Origin: a virus
Reading direction: 5' to 3' (one strand)
IMG/VR virus record: IMGVR_UViG_3300025875_000621
Coordinates: 1 to 64,000 of that record
Length of the DNA stretch: 64,000 nt
Shown: piece after piece, positions 28,907-38,224 of the stretch
Numbering within the stretch: position 1 is the stretch's first letter
Layout of the letters: the number at the start of each line of letters is the position of its first letter
Program-made: the position numbers and the translations under genes
Notes under the pieces: generated by a model
What the model was told of the DNA's origin: nothing
Databases searched by the model: none
Seen by the model: the letters and a program-made list of their open reading frames with translations, nothing else

Positions 28907-29821
28907 CTACTGCTGGGCGCGCCAGTCCAGGTAGCTCTGCGCGGCCGCCCGGTCCCGGCGGGACCGCCACTGGCTGGCCACCGTCCGCGCGGCCCACGCG
29001 TCCACGTCCGCGGGCGGGACCGCGGGCGCCACCGGCACCGGGGACACCGGCCCGACCGGGCCGCCGGGCTCCGCGGGGGCGGGCTGCGGTGCCGGCGCGG
29101 TGAGGGGCACGAACTGGGTGGCGTCCCCCTGCCGGGCCAGCAGGGTGGCCAGGGTCTGGGACTTCATGGCGAACCGGCCGCGCACCCCCCAGGCGTCCGT
29201 CCAGGAGTTGTCCATCCACCACAGGTCCCGGTCCGCGTCGTACTCCCGGCACAGGTACTCATGGCCGCCCTCGTCGTAGCCCAGGGCGGAGACCACGCCA
29301 GCGGAGTCCGGGGTGTTCATGGCGGACAGCCAGACGGTGCCGATGATGAACGGGCCACGCTGGATGCCCACGTGCGCGGCCGCCAGGGTGGTGATGTGCT
29401 CGTACCCGCTGATGATGCCCAGGCGGCGCAGCACCTTCGCCAGGGACAGGCCGTCCGTGCCGGTGTCCTCCGGCTCCCAGGCGCCTGGGAAGGGGTCCGC
29501 GGCGGTGGTGAGGCGGTACAGCTCCACCGCCCACTCCTGCGCCGTGGACGCCCGGGCCAGGCGCTGCTGCAGGTCCGCGGGCAGGGTCTGCCAGAACGGG
29601 TCTGTGGACAGCGCGGCCACGCCGGAGGACGCCACGCAGGTCCCCAGCCCGCCCTGGTTCAGGGTGGGGGAGTGCCGCTCCCAGCGGACGGTGCGCGGGG
29701 TTACGGTGACCCCGCGGGGGGCCACCAGATAGCGCAGTGACTGGGGGTCGTGGTTGATGTGGCGGCCGTTGCGCTGGCCGGGGCGGACGATCTCTGGGAC
29801 GAGCTGGCGGCGGTCAGCCAC
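28907..29821 (-). CDS. Papain-like (C1) cysteine peptidase
   Basis: NQGGLGTCVA (Q/C), GGHEY (H), DNSWTDAWG (N). Confidence 0.85.
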   Translation of the reverse strand: MADRRQLVPEIVRPGQRNGRHINHDPQSLRYLVAPRGVTVTPRTVRWERHSPTLNQGGLGTCVASSGVAALSTDPFWQTLPADLQQRLARASTAQEWAVELYRLTTAADPFPGAWEPEDTGTDGLSLAKVLRRLGIISGYEHITTLAAAHVGIQRGPFIIGTVWLSAMNTPDSAGVVSALGYDEGGHEYLCREYDADRDLWWMDNSWTDAWGVRGRFAMKSQTLATLLARQGDATQFVPLTAPAPQPAPAEPGGPVGPVSPVPVAPAVPPADVDAWAARTVASQWRSRRDRAAAQSYLDWRAQQ

Positions 29822-29924
29822 GGGGTGCTCCAGGTGCTGGTGGGGGTGCCCGGCCCCCAGCCAGCAGCCGCACCAGTCTGCGCGCCTGAGCCACGCGCCG
29901 CGGTCACCCGACTACGGTGCGTGC

Positions 29925-30344
29925 GTGTCTGTGACCCCGGTGACGCAGTGGACCGTGACCGCCGTGGTGCGGGCCGTGGACGGGGACACGGTGAAGCTGC
30001 GCCTGGCTCGGGACACCGGGGAGGTGCCCGGCCTGGTCCTCTCCGCGCGCACGAAGAACCCCCGCGGCGTCTCCGCGCGGCTCACCTGGGTGGACACCCC
30101 GGAGGAGAGCAGCGACCCCGCCGGGTGGGCGCGCGCTGCCGCGGACACCGGCCACTGGCTGGCGGACGCCCTGCAGGCCGCGGTGAACGGGCTGACCGCG
30201 GACGTGTACGGGGAGCCGGACGCGTGGGGCCGGTGGCTGCTGGACCTGTACCCCACCGGTCACCCGGAGGACTCCCTGTCCCGCTGGCTGATGACCAGCG
30301 GGGACGGCGGCCGCGGCTGGCCGGCCTACGTGAGAGGGAAGTGA
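29925..30344 (+). CDS. Thermonuclease (SNase-like) protein
   Basis: VRAVDGDTV, RLTWVDTPE, DAWGRWL. Confidence 0.75.
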   Translation: MSVTPVTQWTVTAVVRAVDGDTVKLRLARDTGEVPGLVLSARTKNPRGVSARLTWVDTPEESSDPAGWARAAADTGHWLADALQAAVNGLTADVYGEPDAWGRWLLDLYPTGHPEDSLSRWLMTSGDGGRGWPAYVRGK

Positions 30345-30347
30345 CCC

Positions 30348-30908
30348 GTGCCGTTCCTGTCCCAGGTGGCGATCCGCCGCGTCGGCGTGAACCGCTGGCA
30401 GCTGCTGGAGCCCCTGTGCTTCCGGGACCCGGTGACCGGCCGCACGTACACCGCGCCCGCGGGGTTCATCACTGACTTCGCCACCGTCCCCCGAATCACC
30501 CAGTGGGCCGTCCCCCGCACCGGCATGTGGGATGAGCCGGCCGTCATCCATGACCTGGGCTGTGAGGCGGTGCGGGAAGCGTGGGAGCAAGAGCGGGAGA
30601 ACCGGCGCCGGGAGGACTGGCTGCAGGCCCCGCTGCCCGTGCGGCAGCCCTGGGCGGACGCCCGGGGCGTGGACCAGCTGTGGCGCCGGATGCTGCGGGA
30701 CGGCGGCCTGGACCCGGTGTCCGCGCTGGTCCTGTGGGCCGCGGTCCGCTGGGGCGCCCTGGGCTCCCGGTACCGGTGGGCCGGGTGGTGGCGGGACCTG
30801 CCCGTCCTCCTCCCCATCACCGCCCTGCTGCTGAGCCTGGTCTTGGCGCTGGTACTCCTGGTGGCCGTGGCGTCACAGGGCGTGGCGCTGGCGCTCCTGC
30901 TGGCGTAG
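30348..30908 (+). CDS. DUF1353 family protein with C-terminal TM
   Basis: PAGFITDFATVPR, AVIHD, WAAVRWG. Confidence 0.8.
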   Translation: MPFLSQVAIRRVGVNRWQLLEPLCFRDPVTGRTYTAPAGFITDFATVPRITQWAVPRTGMWDEPAVIHDLGCEAVREAWEQERENRRREDWLQAPLPVRQPWADARGVDQLWRRMLRDGGLDPVSALVLWAAVRWGALGSRYRWAGWWRDLPVLLPITALLLSLVLALVLLVAVASQGVALALLLA

Positions 30909-30927
30909 CTCCACGACACTGACGCCC

Positions 30928-31602
30928 GTGCCCGAAGCCCCCACCGCCACCACCGCGGAGCCCCGCCTGCCCTCCGTCTCCGTCCACGTGGACAACCTGG
31001 AGACCCACCCCCAGAACGCGCGCCGCGGTGACGTCCAGAAGATCACCGCCAGCCTGCGCCGGCACGGCCAGTACCGGCCCATCGTGGTCCAGCGCCGCAC
31101 CGGCTACGTCCTGGCCGGGAACCACACCCTGATGAGCGCCCGCCGCCTGGGCTGGGAGCACCTAGACGTGGTGTACGTGGACGTGGACGACGAGGAGGCG
31201 CGGCGCATCCTCCTGGCGGACAACCGGACCAGTGACCTGGCCGCGTACGAGGACGGGGCGCTGGCGCTGCTGCTGGCGGAGGTCCCGGACCTGGAGGGCA
31301 CCGGCTACGACGGGGAGAACGTGGACGTGCTGCTGGCGCAGCTGGCCCCCGCACCGTCCGGCGGGGCTACCATCCTGGGTCTGGAGCAGTTGACGGCGGA
31401 GGCGATCCGGGGCACCGCGGAGAGCGCGCCGGCCACCGCCCCCGCTCCCCCGCCGCCCGCGCGGGAGGAGCGGCCGCTGCCCCCGCCCGTGGAGGACCCG
31501 CCGCCGCCGGCGGACCCGCCGCGGCCGCGCGCCACCCTGGTCACGGACTGCCCGCAGTGCGGGCACACCTGGCACCCGGAGCTGCGGAGCGCGGACCAGT
31601 GA
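30928..31602 (+). CDS. ParB/Srx N-terminal domain protein
   Basis: HPQNARRGD...GQYRPIVV...LAGNHT...LADNRTSD; C-terminal CPQCG. Confidence 0.85.
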   Translation: MPEAPTATTAEPRLPSVSVHVDNLETHPQNARRGDVQKITASLRRHGQYRPIVVQRRTGYVLAGNHTLMSARRLGWEHLDVVYVDVDDEEARRILLADNRTSDLAAYEDGALALLLAEVPDLEGTGYDGENVDVLLAQLAPAPSGGATILGLEQLTAEAIRGTAESAPATAPAPPPPAREERPLPPPVEDPPPPADPPRPRATLVTDCPQCGHTWHPELRSADQ

Positions 31603-32225
31603 CCACCCCGGACACCACGCCCGTCCGCCCCCTCCCCCAGGCGCAGCAGCTGCCGGTCACGGAGGTGCGGGAGGCGGAGAAGAACCCGCGCCGCATCCCG
31701 GAGCGCGCCGTGGAGCTGGTGGCCCAGTCCATCCGGCGCTTCGGCTGGCAGCAGCCCCTGGTGGTGGACCGGGACCGGTACCTCATCGTGGGCCACACCC
31801 GGTACCGGGCCGCGCAGTCCATGGGCCTCACCCACGTGCCCGTGGTCATCGCGGAGGATCTGACCCCGGAGGAGGTCCGCGCCTACCGGATCGCGGACAA
31901 CCGCACGCACGACTTCACCAGCTGGGACCTGCCCGGCCTGGCGCAGGAGCTGGAGGACCTGTCCGCGGAGTTCGGGGACGTCCTGGCCCTGGCGGACTGG
32001 GAGGTGGTCTCCGCCCGCATGGAGGAGGCCGCGGAGCGCGCCGGCGGAGACGCCGGGGACGTGGAGGACGGGCTGCCGGAGCTGGACCTGCCGCGGGACG
32101 TGAAGGACGCCCTGGACGGCGGGTTCCAGGTCAACGTCTGTTTCCACACGAAGGAGCAGGCCCTGGCCGCACAGCTGGCCCTGATGGAGCTGCCGGGGGT
32201 GTTCGATGTACGTCACGACTTCTGA
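31599..32225 (+). CDS. ParB/Srx N-terminal domain protein
   Basis: KNPRR...SIRRFGWQQPLVVD...IVGHTRYRAA...RIADNRT. Confidence 0.85.
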   Translation: MTTPDTTPVRPLPQAQQLPVTEVREAEKNPRRIPERAVELVAQSIRRFGWQQPLVVDRDRYLIVGHTRYRAAQSMGLTHVPVVIAEDLTPEEVRAYRIADNRTHDFTSWDLPGLAQELEDLSAEFGDVLALADWEVVSARMEEAAERAGGDAGDVEDGLPELDLPRDVKDALDGGFQVNVCFHTKEQALAAQLALMELPGVFDVRHDF

Positions 32226-33231
32226 GCAGCGCGGCGGCATCCTGGTGGCCGTCATCACCGGTGGCCGGCCGGAGCTGCGGCAGCGGCCCGTCCGCCACCT
32301 CCTGCCCGTCCTCCAGGACGCCGGGGTGCAGGACGTCACCTGGGTGGTGTCAGACCAGGACGCCCCCGGCTACGAACCGGACCAGCACCCGCAGGTCATC
32401 TACCCCCGCGCCTGGGCGGAGGAGTACGCGGCCGCGCACTGGATGAACCCGGCCCCGCCGGAGCCCGGCGCGTTCCTGGGCGCGTTCCCCGGCCGGGAGT
32501 GGGCCTGCCAGGAGGCGGAGCGCCGCGGCTGCTGGGCCGTCCTCCAGTTGGACGACAACATCGACACCCTGGAGTTCCTGCGCCGCAGCGGGGCGTCCAT
32601 GCGCTACACGCTGGAGCACGGCGGCATGGCCCTGTTCCTGGACTGCCTGGCCGGGGTGATGCTGTCCACGAACGCGCGCACCGTGGGCGGGCAGCTGTCC
32701 TCCGTGGCCCCCAGCAGCAAGCAGGCCGCGCAGGTGGCCCGCGCCGGCTTCCCCTACTCCCTGTTCCTGGAGCGCGTGGGAGAGGGCCGGGAGGAGTGGT
32801 ACGGCCCGTTTGAGGACGACATCACCCACTCCCTGCAGTACGGGTCACGCTGGGACGGCGCCACCGCCGCGGTGGTCCCCAGCCTCCGGTACCACAAGGA
32901 ACCGGGGAGTAAGTCCGGGATGCGCTCCCACTACAGCGGCACCCGCGCCGTCCAACTGCAGCGCCTGTTCCCGCAGTCCGCGAACATCGGGGTGCGCGCC
33001 ACGCGGTCCAACGGCCGCGGAGAGGGCCGGGTGTTCCACACCATGCCGCCGGGTGCCGTCCGGAACCCGCTGGTGGTCCGGGACCGCGCCCTGTTCAGCG
33101 CCGTCCGGGACCGGCTGCAGGAGCTGACCGTGGGCTGGTTCGCGGTGGAGCTGGAGGCCAACCAGGACAAGGCCCGCCGCCGCGCCGCCCAGGCGGAGAA
33201 GATGAGCGGCGGGCAGCCGGTCAACGGGTGA
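32206..33231 (+). CDS. GT-A fold glycosyltransferase (TAGT/GREB1-like), putative DNA modifier
   Basis: VITGGRP, GAFPGRE..C..A..RG, LQLDDNI (DxD-like), FEDDI; operonic with ParB-domain genes. Confidence 0.6.
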   Translation: MYVTTSEQRGGILVAVITGGRPELRQRPVRHLLPVLQDAGVQDVTWVVSDQDAPGYEPDQHPQVIYPRAWAEEYAAAHWMNPAPPEPGAFLGAFPGREWACQEAERRGCWAVLQLDDNIDTLEFLRRSGASMRYTLEHGGMALFLDCLAGVMLSTNARTVGGQLSSVAPSSKQAAQVARAGFPYSLFLERVGEGREEWYGPFEDDITHSLQYGSRWDGATAAVVPSLRYHKEPGSKSGMRSHYSGTRAVQLQRLFPQSANIGVRATRSNGRGEGRVFHTMPPGAVRNPLVVRDRALFSAVRDRLQELTVGWFAVELEANQDKARRRAAQAEKMSGGQPVNG

Positions 33232-33451
33232 TGACGGTCTGGCTGCCCGGGGTGAAGTGCATGAGCCGGCACACCTTCCCCTCCGGGCACGCCGCCCACG
33301 CGGCCGCTTCCGTGGCGTGCATGCCGTTGACCGGCTTCCACACGGACATGCCGGGCTGGAACACCTGCACCTTGTAGTACGGCTGGAAGCGGGTGGTGCG
33401 GCCGGGCCGGCGGGGGGCGGGCGTACGGCGGGCGGGGACGGTGGCGCTCAT
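33221..33451 (-). CDS. 76-aa hypothetical protein
   Basis: Minus-strand CCAGCTGAGGAGCTGACC-ATG; QPYYKVQVF. Confidence 0.7.
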   Translation of the reverse strand: MSATVPARRTPAPRRPGRTTRFQPYYKVQVFQPGMSVWKPVNGMHATEAAAWAACPEGKVCRLMHFTPGSQTVITR

Positions 33452-33481
33452 GGTCAGCTCCTCAGCTGGGGCGTGTCTGCT

Positions 33482-33498
33482 GTACACCGGGAGAGTAC
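33482..33498. promoter_or_regulatory. Operator GTACAC-N5-GAGTAC between divergent genes
   Basis: One mismatch to consensus. Confidence 0.7.
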
Positions 33499-33517
33499 AC
33501 GTGCCATGGTCTGCGGC

Positions 33518-33949
33518 ATGACCGGACGCGCCCTCATCACCCCCCGCTCCGCCACCCTGCTGGGCATCTACCGCGGAGAGGGCACCGCCTGTGACGCGTG
33601 CGGCCGGGAGCTGTCCGCCCGCCAGTTCCGCTGCACCACGGCGGACGGCAGCCTGCTGGTCCTGGGCCGCCGCTGCGCCGCCCGCGCCACCGGCTACCCC
33701 ACCACCCGCCTGGAGCACCTGGCCGCGGCGCTGGAGCGCCGGCAGGCGTGGGAGCGGGAGGTGGCCACCAGTTGGACGGTGGAGCAGCTGGCCGCGCACT
33801 ACCGGGAGGTGGTGGTGACATACCCGGACGGCACCCTGGACACCTGGCTGCCCGCGGAGGAGGGACAGCCAGCACGGACCACCCGCCGCCCCGTGCTGGA
33901 GGTGGCCACGGAGGAGCTGACACGCCTGCAGGCCCAGTACGCCAACTGA
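33518..33949 (+). CDS. Hypothetical protein with Zn-finger-like motif
   Basis: CDACGREL...LGRRCA. Confidence 0.65.
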   Translation: MTGRALITPRSATLLGIYRGEGTACDACGRELSARQFRCTTADGSLLVLGRRCAARATGYPTTRLEHLAAALERRQAWEREVATSWTVEQLAAHYREVVVTYPDGTLDTWLPAEEGQPARTTRRPVLEVATEELTRLQAQYAN

Positions 33950-33953
33950 CCCC

Positions 33954-33984
33954 GCAGTGCGTACACTCCTGGTGTACGCACTGC
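33954..33984. promoter_or_regulatory. Extended operator palindrome GCAGTGCGTACAC-N5-GTGTACGCACTGC
   Basis: 13-bp perfect arms, immediately followed by the start-associated sequence. Confidence 0.8.
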
Positions 33985-34005
33985 AGACCAGCTGAGGAGC
34001 TGACC

Positions 34006-34296
34006 GTGACCCAACCCAGCGTCCTGCTCACCGGACGGCCCATGTGGCACGCCGGCACCTGCCACATCTCCACGGACGGCGGCCAGACCGCCCTCTGCGG
34101 CATCACCCCGCAGGACCCCTCCACCACCACTGACCCCGGCTGCGGCACCTGCCTCCAGCTGGCGGAGGCCGCGGACTCCACCCCCCGGCCCGTGAACTGC
34201 CACTGCGGCCGCACCGTCTCCACCCTCCCGGGCGGGGACGGCCTCCACTGCGCAGAGCACGACCTGCCCGTCAGCACCCCCCGGCGCACCCGGTGA
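34006..34296 (+). CDS. Cys-rich hypothetical protein
   Basis: Start motif; TALCG..CGTC..CHCG. Confidence 0.65.
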   Translation: MTQPSVLLTGRPMWHAGTCHISTDGGQTALCGITPQDPSTTTDPGCGTCLQLAEAADSTPRPVNCHCGRTVSTLPGGDGLHCAEHDLPVSTPRRTR

Positions 34297-34751
34297 CCGC
34301 CTCCCTGGGCATGCGCCTGGCCGTGACCGGCACCTCCGGCCGCTGGCAGGCCGCCCTCCGCTCCGGCCACCGCCGCACCCTGGCGGAGTGCGGCCACGGC
34401 CACCGAAACAGGGACGGCGGACAGGCCAACGCCCGCCAGTGCGGTGAGCTGCTGATCCGCGCCGCACGCAACCCGCACGCCGCCGCCGCGTTCCGTGCGC
34501 ACGCCGTGGAGTCCGCGGCCGCCGCCCAGCGCGCCGGAGCCCGCATCACCCTGGAGGAGGCCAGCGCCCGCGCCACGGCCACCCTGGACACCTGGCGCAC
34601 CGTGGTCCTGGACGGGGACCTGCACGTCCCCAGCCGGGCCTGGGGCGCGGACCGCCCCGCCTGCGGCTGCTGCATCCCAGAGCCGTCCCCGGGGGAGCAG
34701 GAGCGGGCAGCGCGCCGGGCGGCTCACCGGGCACCCTGGAGCGCCCCGTGA
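34293..34751 (+). CDS. Hypothetical protein
   Basis: ECGHGHRNRD; coupled. Confidence 0.6.
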   Translation: MTASLGMRLAVTGTSGRWQAALRSGHRRTLAECGHGHRNRDGGQANARQCGELLIRAARNPHAAAAFRAHAVESAAAAQRAGARITLEEASARATATLDTWRTVVLDGDLHVPSRAWGADRPACGCCIPEPSPGEQERAARRAAHRAPWSAP

Positions 34752-35413
34752 CCGTCCTACACCTGGCCGTCCTGGTCTGTGACGGCTGTGGCACAGCCAG
34801 CCGCCACGTTCAGGGCACCGCAGAGGAGGCCCGGGTGCTTCTCTGGCAGGACGGCTGGCGGCGGAACGGCGGCCAGGGTGACCGCTGCCCCACCTGCTCC
34901 CCCGGGCGCGTGCAGCGCAACTACCTTCCCGGCGCAGCACCCGGCCTGTGTGACTGCGGCTGTGGGCGCACCACGCCGGTGGCTGACCGCAGCCGTGCCC
35001 GTTCCGGCTGGGTGAAGGGACAGCCTCTCCCCCGCATCCCCGGTCACCGCACCCCAGCCCCGCTGCGCGTGGACTCCGGCTGCCTGCTCTGGCAGGGCCG
35101 CGTGGACCCGGAGACCGGGTACGGCCGCCTGGGCGCTGGGCAGGCACACCGGGTGCTCTGGGAGCGGACCCGCGGGCCCATCCCGCCGGAACATGAGCTG
35201 GACCACCTGTGCCAGACGCCGCTCTGCGTGGAGCTGACCCACCTGGACTGCATCACCGCCGTGGAGCACTACGCCCGGACGCACCCGCGCGGTGAGACCT
35301 GCGGCCGTGGCCACACGGACTGGCGTCCCCGCCGAGACGGCGGGCGCTACTGCTGGCAGTGCAACCGGGACCGTGACGCGGAGCGCCGCCAGCTGCTTAC
35401 CACGACCCCCTGA
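34748..35413 (+). CDS. HNH (His-Cys box-like) endonuclease-domain protein with Zn-finger fusions
   Basis: GCLLWQG...GYGR...AHRVLW...GPIP...LDHLC...C...HL; CGRGH...YCWQC. Confidence 0.75.
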   Translation: MTVLHLAVLVCDGCGTASRHVQGTAEEARVLLWQDGWRRNGGQGDRCPTCSPGRVQRNYLPGAAPGLCDCGCGRTTPVADRSRARSGWVKGQPLPRIPGHRTPAPLRVDSGCLLWQGRVDPETGYGRLGAGQAHRVLWERTRGPIPPEHELDHLCQTPLCVELTHLDCITAVEHYARTHPRGETCGRGHTDWRPRRDGGRYCWQCNRDRDAERRQLLTTTP

Positions 35414-35445
35414 CCGCTCGCCACCCCCACTGCTGAGGAGCAGCC

Positions 35446-35790
35446 ATGACCACCGCCACCAGCCCCACCGTGGGGTACGTGCAGACCAGCACCATCCACG
35501 CCGTGCACGCCTCCATCAGCGGCGCGGACGTCATCCGGGACCACATGGGCCGCCTGTTCCTGCCCGGCCGCGTGGAGCTGCGCTGGATGGACGGCGTGCT
35601 CACCCAGGCGTCCGTCCGCGGCGTCCGCGTCACCGCCTCCGGGGACCCGTACGCCAACGGGGCCACCACCGCCCGCACGTACCTCAGCGCGGCCGGCACG
35701 CTGCTGCAGCCCAGCGTGCAGGAGCCTGGCGCGCCGGCCTGGCTGCAGGACCTGGTGAACCTGCACGCCCCCGCGGAGGCCCGGCCGTGA
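35446..35790 (+). CDS. Hypothetical protein
   Basis: GCTGAGGAGC start-motif variant. Confidence 0.65.
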   Translation: MTTATSPTVGYVQTSTIHAVHASISGADVIRDHMGRLFLPGRVELRWMDGVLTQASVRGVRVTASGDPYANGATTARTYLSAAGTLLQPSVQEPGAPAWLQDLVNLHAPAEARP

Positions 35791-36218
35791 AGCGCCTGCA
35801 GGACCCCAGTGCGCGCATCAGCGCGCGTATGGCGGAGCTGGGCCACCGGCCCCACCTGGACGGCTACCACCACCGGCACACGTGCGGCCGCTGCGGGCGC
35901 GCAGGGCTGAACGCGGGCGGCCCGGACTACGGGTCCGCGCTGCAGGAGCCGTGCCCCGGGCGGGAGGCGCGCCTGTGGCCCGCCGGCTGGGACTACTACC
36001 GGCCCCCGCGGCTGACGGAGGCCAACACCCGCGCCGCCCGGCTCTCCGCCTACCGGCACCAGGTGGGCCGCATCAGGGACGCCCGCCTCCTCCAGGACCA
36101 GCCCCTGCTGGCGGCCGCCCGCTGGCACGCCGCCCAGCACCGCGCGCACCTCATCGCACAGCACCGTGACCTGTCCACCCGCACCACCCCCACCCAGGAG
36201 ACCCACCGTGGCCGCTGA
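35787..36218 (+). CDS. Hypothetical protein
   Basis: GTGA coupling; CGRCG. Confidence 0.55.
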   Translation: MKRLQDPSARISARMAELGHRPHLDGYHHRHTCGRCGRAGLNAGGPDYGSALQEPCPGREARLWPAGWDYYRPPRLTEANTRAARLSAYRHQVGRIRDARLLQDQPLLAAARWHAAQHRAHLIAQHRDLSTRTTPTQETHRGR

Positions 36219-36513
36219 CCCCTTCCGCATCCCCGCCGCCCTGCTGGAGCGCATCGCGGAGTCCCGGAACACCGTGGTGGACGCCCGCGGTGACCTGGAG
36301 CAGCTGGTGTCCCAGCTGGAGGACGTCACCTCCGGCGCCCGCGCCGTCTGGGAGGAGCGCACGGAGAAGTGGCAGGACGGTGACCGCGGCCAGGCCGCCA
36401 GCACCTGGCTGGAGAACCTGGAGGAGCTGGTGGACAACCTGAACGAGCTGCGCTCCGCCATGGAGACCGCGGAGGAGTCCCTGCTGGACCCCGCGGCCTC
36501 CCCGGACTACTGA
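36208..36513 (+). CDS. Acidic helical protein
   Basis: AGGAG RBS; ERTEKWQDGDRGQ. Confidence 0.65.
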   Translation: MAADPFRIPAALLERIAESRNTVVDARGDLEQLVSQLEDVTSGARAVWEERTEKWQDGDRGQAASTWLENLEELVDNLNELRSAMETAEESLLDPAASPDY

Positions 36514-36514
36514 C

Positions 36515-36829
36515 ATGGCCCAGGCAGCCGCCGCGTGGGTGACCTGGCTGATGACGCTGCTGGCGGTGGTGGTCCTGCTGTGCTGGGCCCTCCGCCTGGC
36601 ACTCATGCACCACGGCGGCGGACAGATGCCCTCCCTGCGCTTGCCGCGGCCCTCCCGCGTGATCCAGCGGGCGATCTACGGCGGCCACGTGGAGCCCACC
36701 GCCAGCCAGGCACCCGCCCTCCACGTACTGGAGGAGGACGTGCACACCTACACCGCCCAGCAGGTCCTGAACACCCTGGCTGCTGACGTCCGCGCAGCCC
36801 TGGAAGCCGCACCGAAGGAGACCCCATGA
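36515..36829 (+). CDS. Membrane-anchored hypothetical protein
   Basis: N-terminal TM. Confidence 0.55.
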   Translation: MAQAAAAWVTWLMTLLAVVVLLCWALRLALMHHGGGQMPSLRLPRPSRVIQRAIYGGHVEPTASQAPALHVLEEDVHTYTAQQVLNTLAADVRAALEAAPKETP

Positions 36830-37536
36830 CCACCCCCACCACCGCCCCGTGGAAGCCCGGAGACCCGGACCCCACACCGCAGCTGACGGACTACACCGGC
36901 CACTGCTTCGCGGTCGCCTACCCGGCCCGCCTGGGCCGCGCCGTGCACTGCTCCTGGGAGAAGGGACCGGACCACCCGGACTGGCACGTGGCCGCGGACG
37001 TCCGTGGCCGCGTCACCCACGTCTGGGAGACCGGCATTGACCTGCCGGACGGACGGTTCCTGTCCCCCGCGGACACCCCGCCGCTGGGCTTCCGGGACGG
37101 GGAGACGCCGGAGACCGCCACGGACCGCTGCGCCCGGGAGGGCGGCGCCCTGGGCATCCGGCGTCAGTGCTCCATCGGCTACCACGCGGAGTGCAGCAGC
37201 CCCACCGGGGACAACTGCACGTGCGCCTGCCACGTCCTCACGGAGGAGGCCCCGCCGCCCCTGTGGACCGGCCCGGATGAGGGAGACGGACCGGTGGAGC
37301 TGGTGGAGGCCGGCGCCGGGCTGCGGCTGGAGAGCGACACCACCAGCCTGCTGGACCTGACCCGGGACAGCGCCGTCAGCCTGGGCCTGGCCCTCCTGCG
37401 CTGGGCACCCCAGTGCAGCGTCCGGTACGTGTCCCCCGGTGGCTTCTTCACCACCTGCGTCCGCCCGGACGGACACCCCATCCAGGACGTGGACGGCATC
37501 GGCCACGCAGACGCAGAGAGGCTGCAGCAGCTGTGA
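36826..37536 (+). CDS. Hypothetical Cys/His-rich protein
   Basis: AAGGAG RBS; CSIGYHAEC...CTCACH. Confidence 0.65.
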   Translation: MTTPTTAPWKPGDPDPTPQLTDYTGHCFAVAYPARLGRAVHCSWEKGPDHPDWHVAADVRGRVTHVWETGIDLPDGRFLSPADTPPLGFRDGETPETATDRCAREGGALGIRRQCSIGYHAECSSPTGDNCTCACHVLTEEAPPPLWTGPDEGDGPVELVEAGAGLRLESDTTSLLDLTRDSAVSLGLALLRWAPQCSVRYVSPGGFFTTCVRPDGHPIQDVDGIGHADAERLQQL

Positions 37537-37922
37537 CCACACCCCACGGAGACCGCCTCCAGGCCGCCCGCCGCGTCCTGGACGGACTCCCCGCAGCGAA
37601 GGACCCCGCCAGGTACCTGGCCGCCGCCATGGAGGCCCGGGAGTACGTGGCCGTTCGGCAGGCCGTGGGCGGGCCGTCCGGCCCCCGTAAGCCCGCACCG
37701 GAGCCGGAGGCCATGCGCCTGGCCGCGGAGATGACGGAGGAGGAGCGCGTGGCCCTCCCCGCGGAGTGCCACCGCCCCGTCTGGAACGGCCTGGGCACCC
37801 CGCACCTGTGGGCCTGCGCCGTCTGCTGGGGGGAGGGCACCATGACCAGCTGGCCGTGTGAGCCCGCCCGCGCCGGCGGCCTCACCCTGGCCCGCCACCT
37901 GGGCCTGGACTACCACTGGTGA
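37533..37922 (+). CDS. Hypothetical protein
   Basis: CAVCW...WPC; coupled. Confidence 0.6.
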   Translation: MTTPHGDRLQAARRVLDGLPAAKDPARYLAAAMEAREYVAVRQAVGGPSGPRKPAPEPEAMRLAAEMTEEERVALPAECHRPVWNGLGTPHLWACAVCWGEGTMTSWPCEPARAGGLTLARHLGLDYHW

Positions 37923-38224
37923 CCAGCACCCAGGCCACCGTCTCTGAGTGGCTGCGGACGAACCGGCGCGCACCCGGCAGCCCCTGGCGGCCGGATGACC
38001 TGAGGCCGGAGCAGTTCCACGCCGGACCGTGGCACGCGATCCGCGGCGGCATGGGTGGCCGGCCACTCAGCTGGTGCGGCCGCCACCCCACCGCGGTCAC
38101 CATCAACACCCGCCGCCACCCCGGCGCGGAGCCCCCCACAGGGGAGCGCCTGTGCGCGGAGTGCGTGCGCCGCGTCCGGGACGGGGAGCCCCGGCCGTAC
38201 CAGCGGAACAGGGGGCGGGGATGA
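37919..38224 (+). CDS. Hypothetical protein
   Basis: SWCG...CAEC; coupled. Confidence 0.6.
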   Translation: MTSTQATVSEWLRTNRRAPGSPWRPDDLRPEQFHAGPWHAIRGGMGGRPLSWCGRHPTAVTINTRRHPGAEPPTGERLCAECVRRVRDGEPRPYQRNRGRG

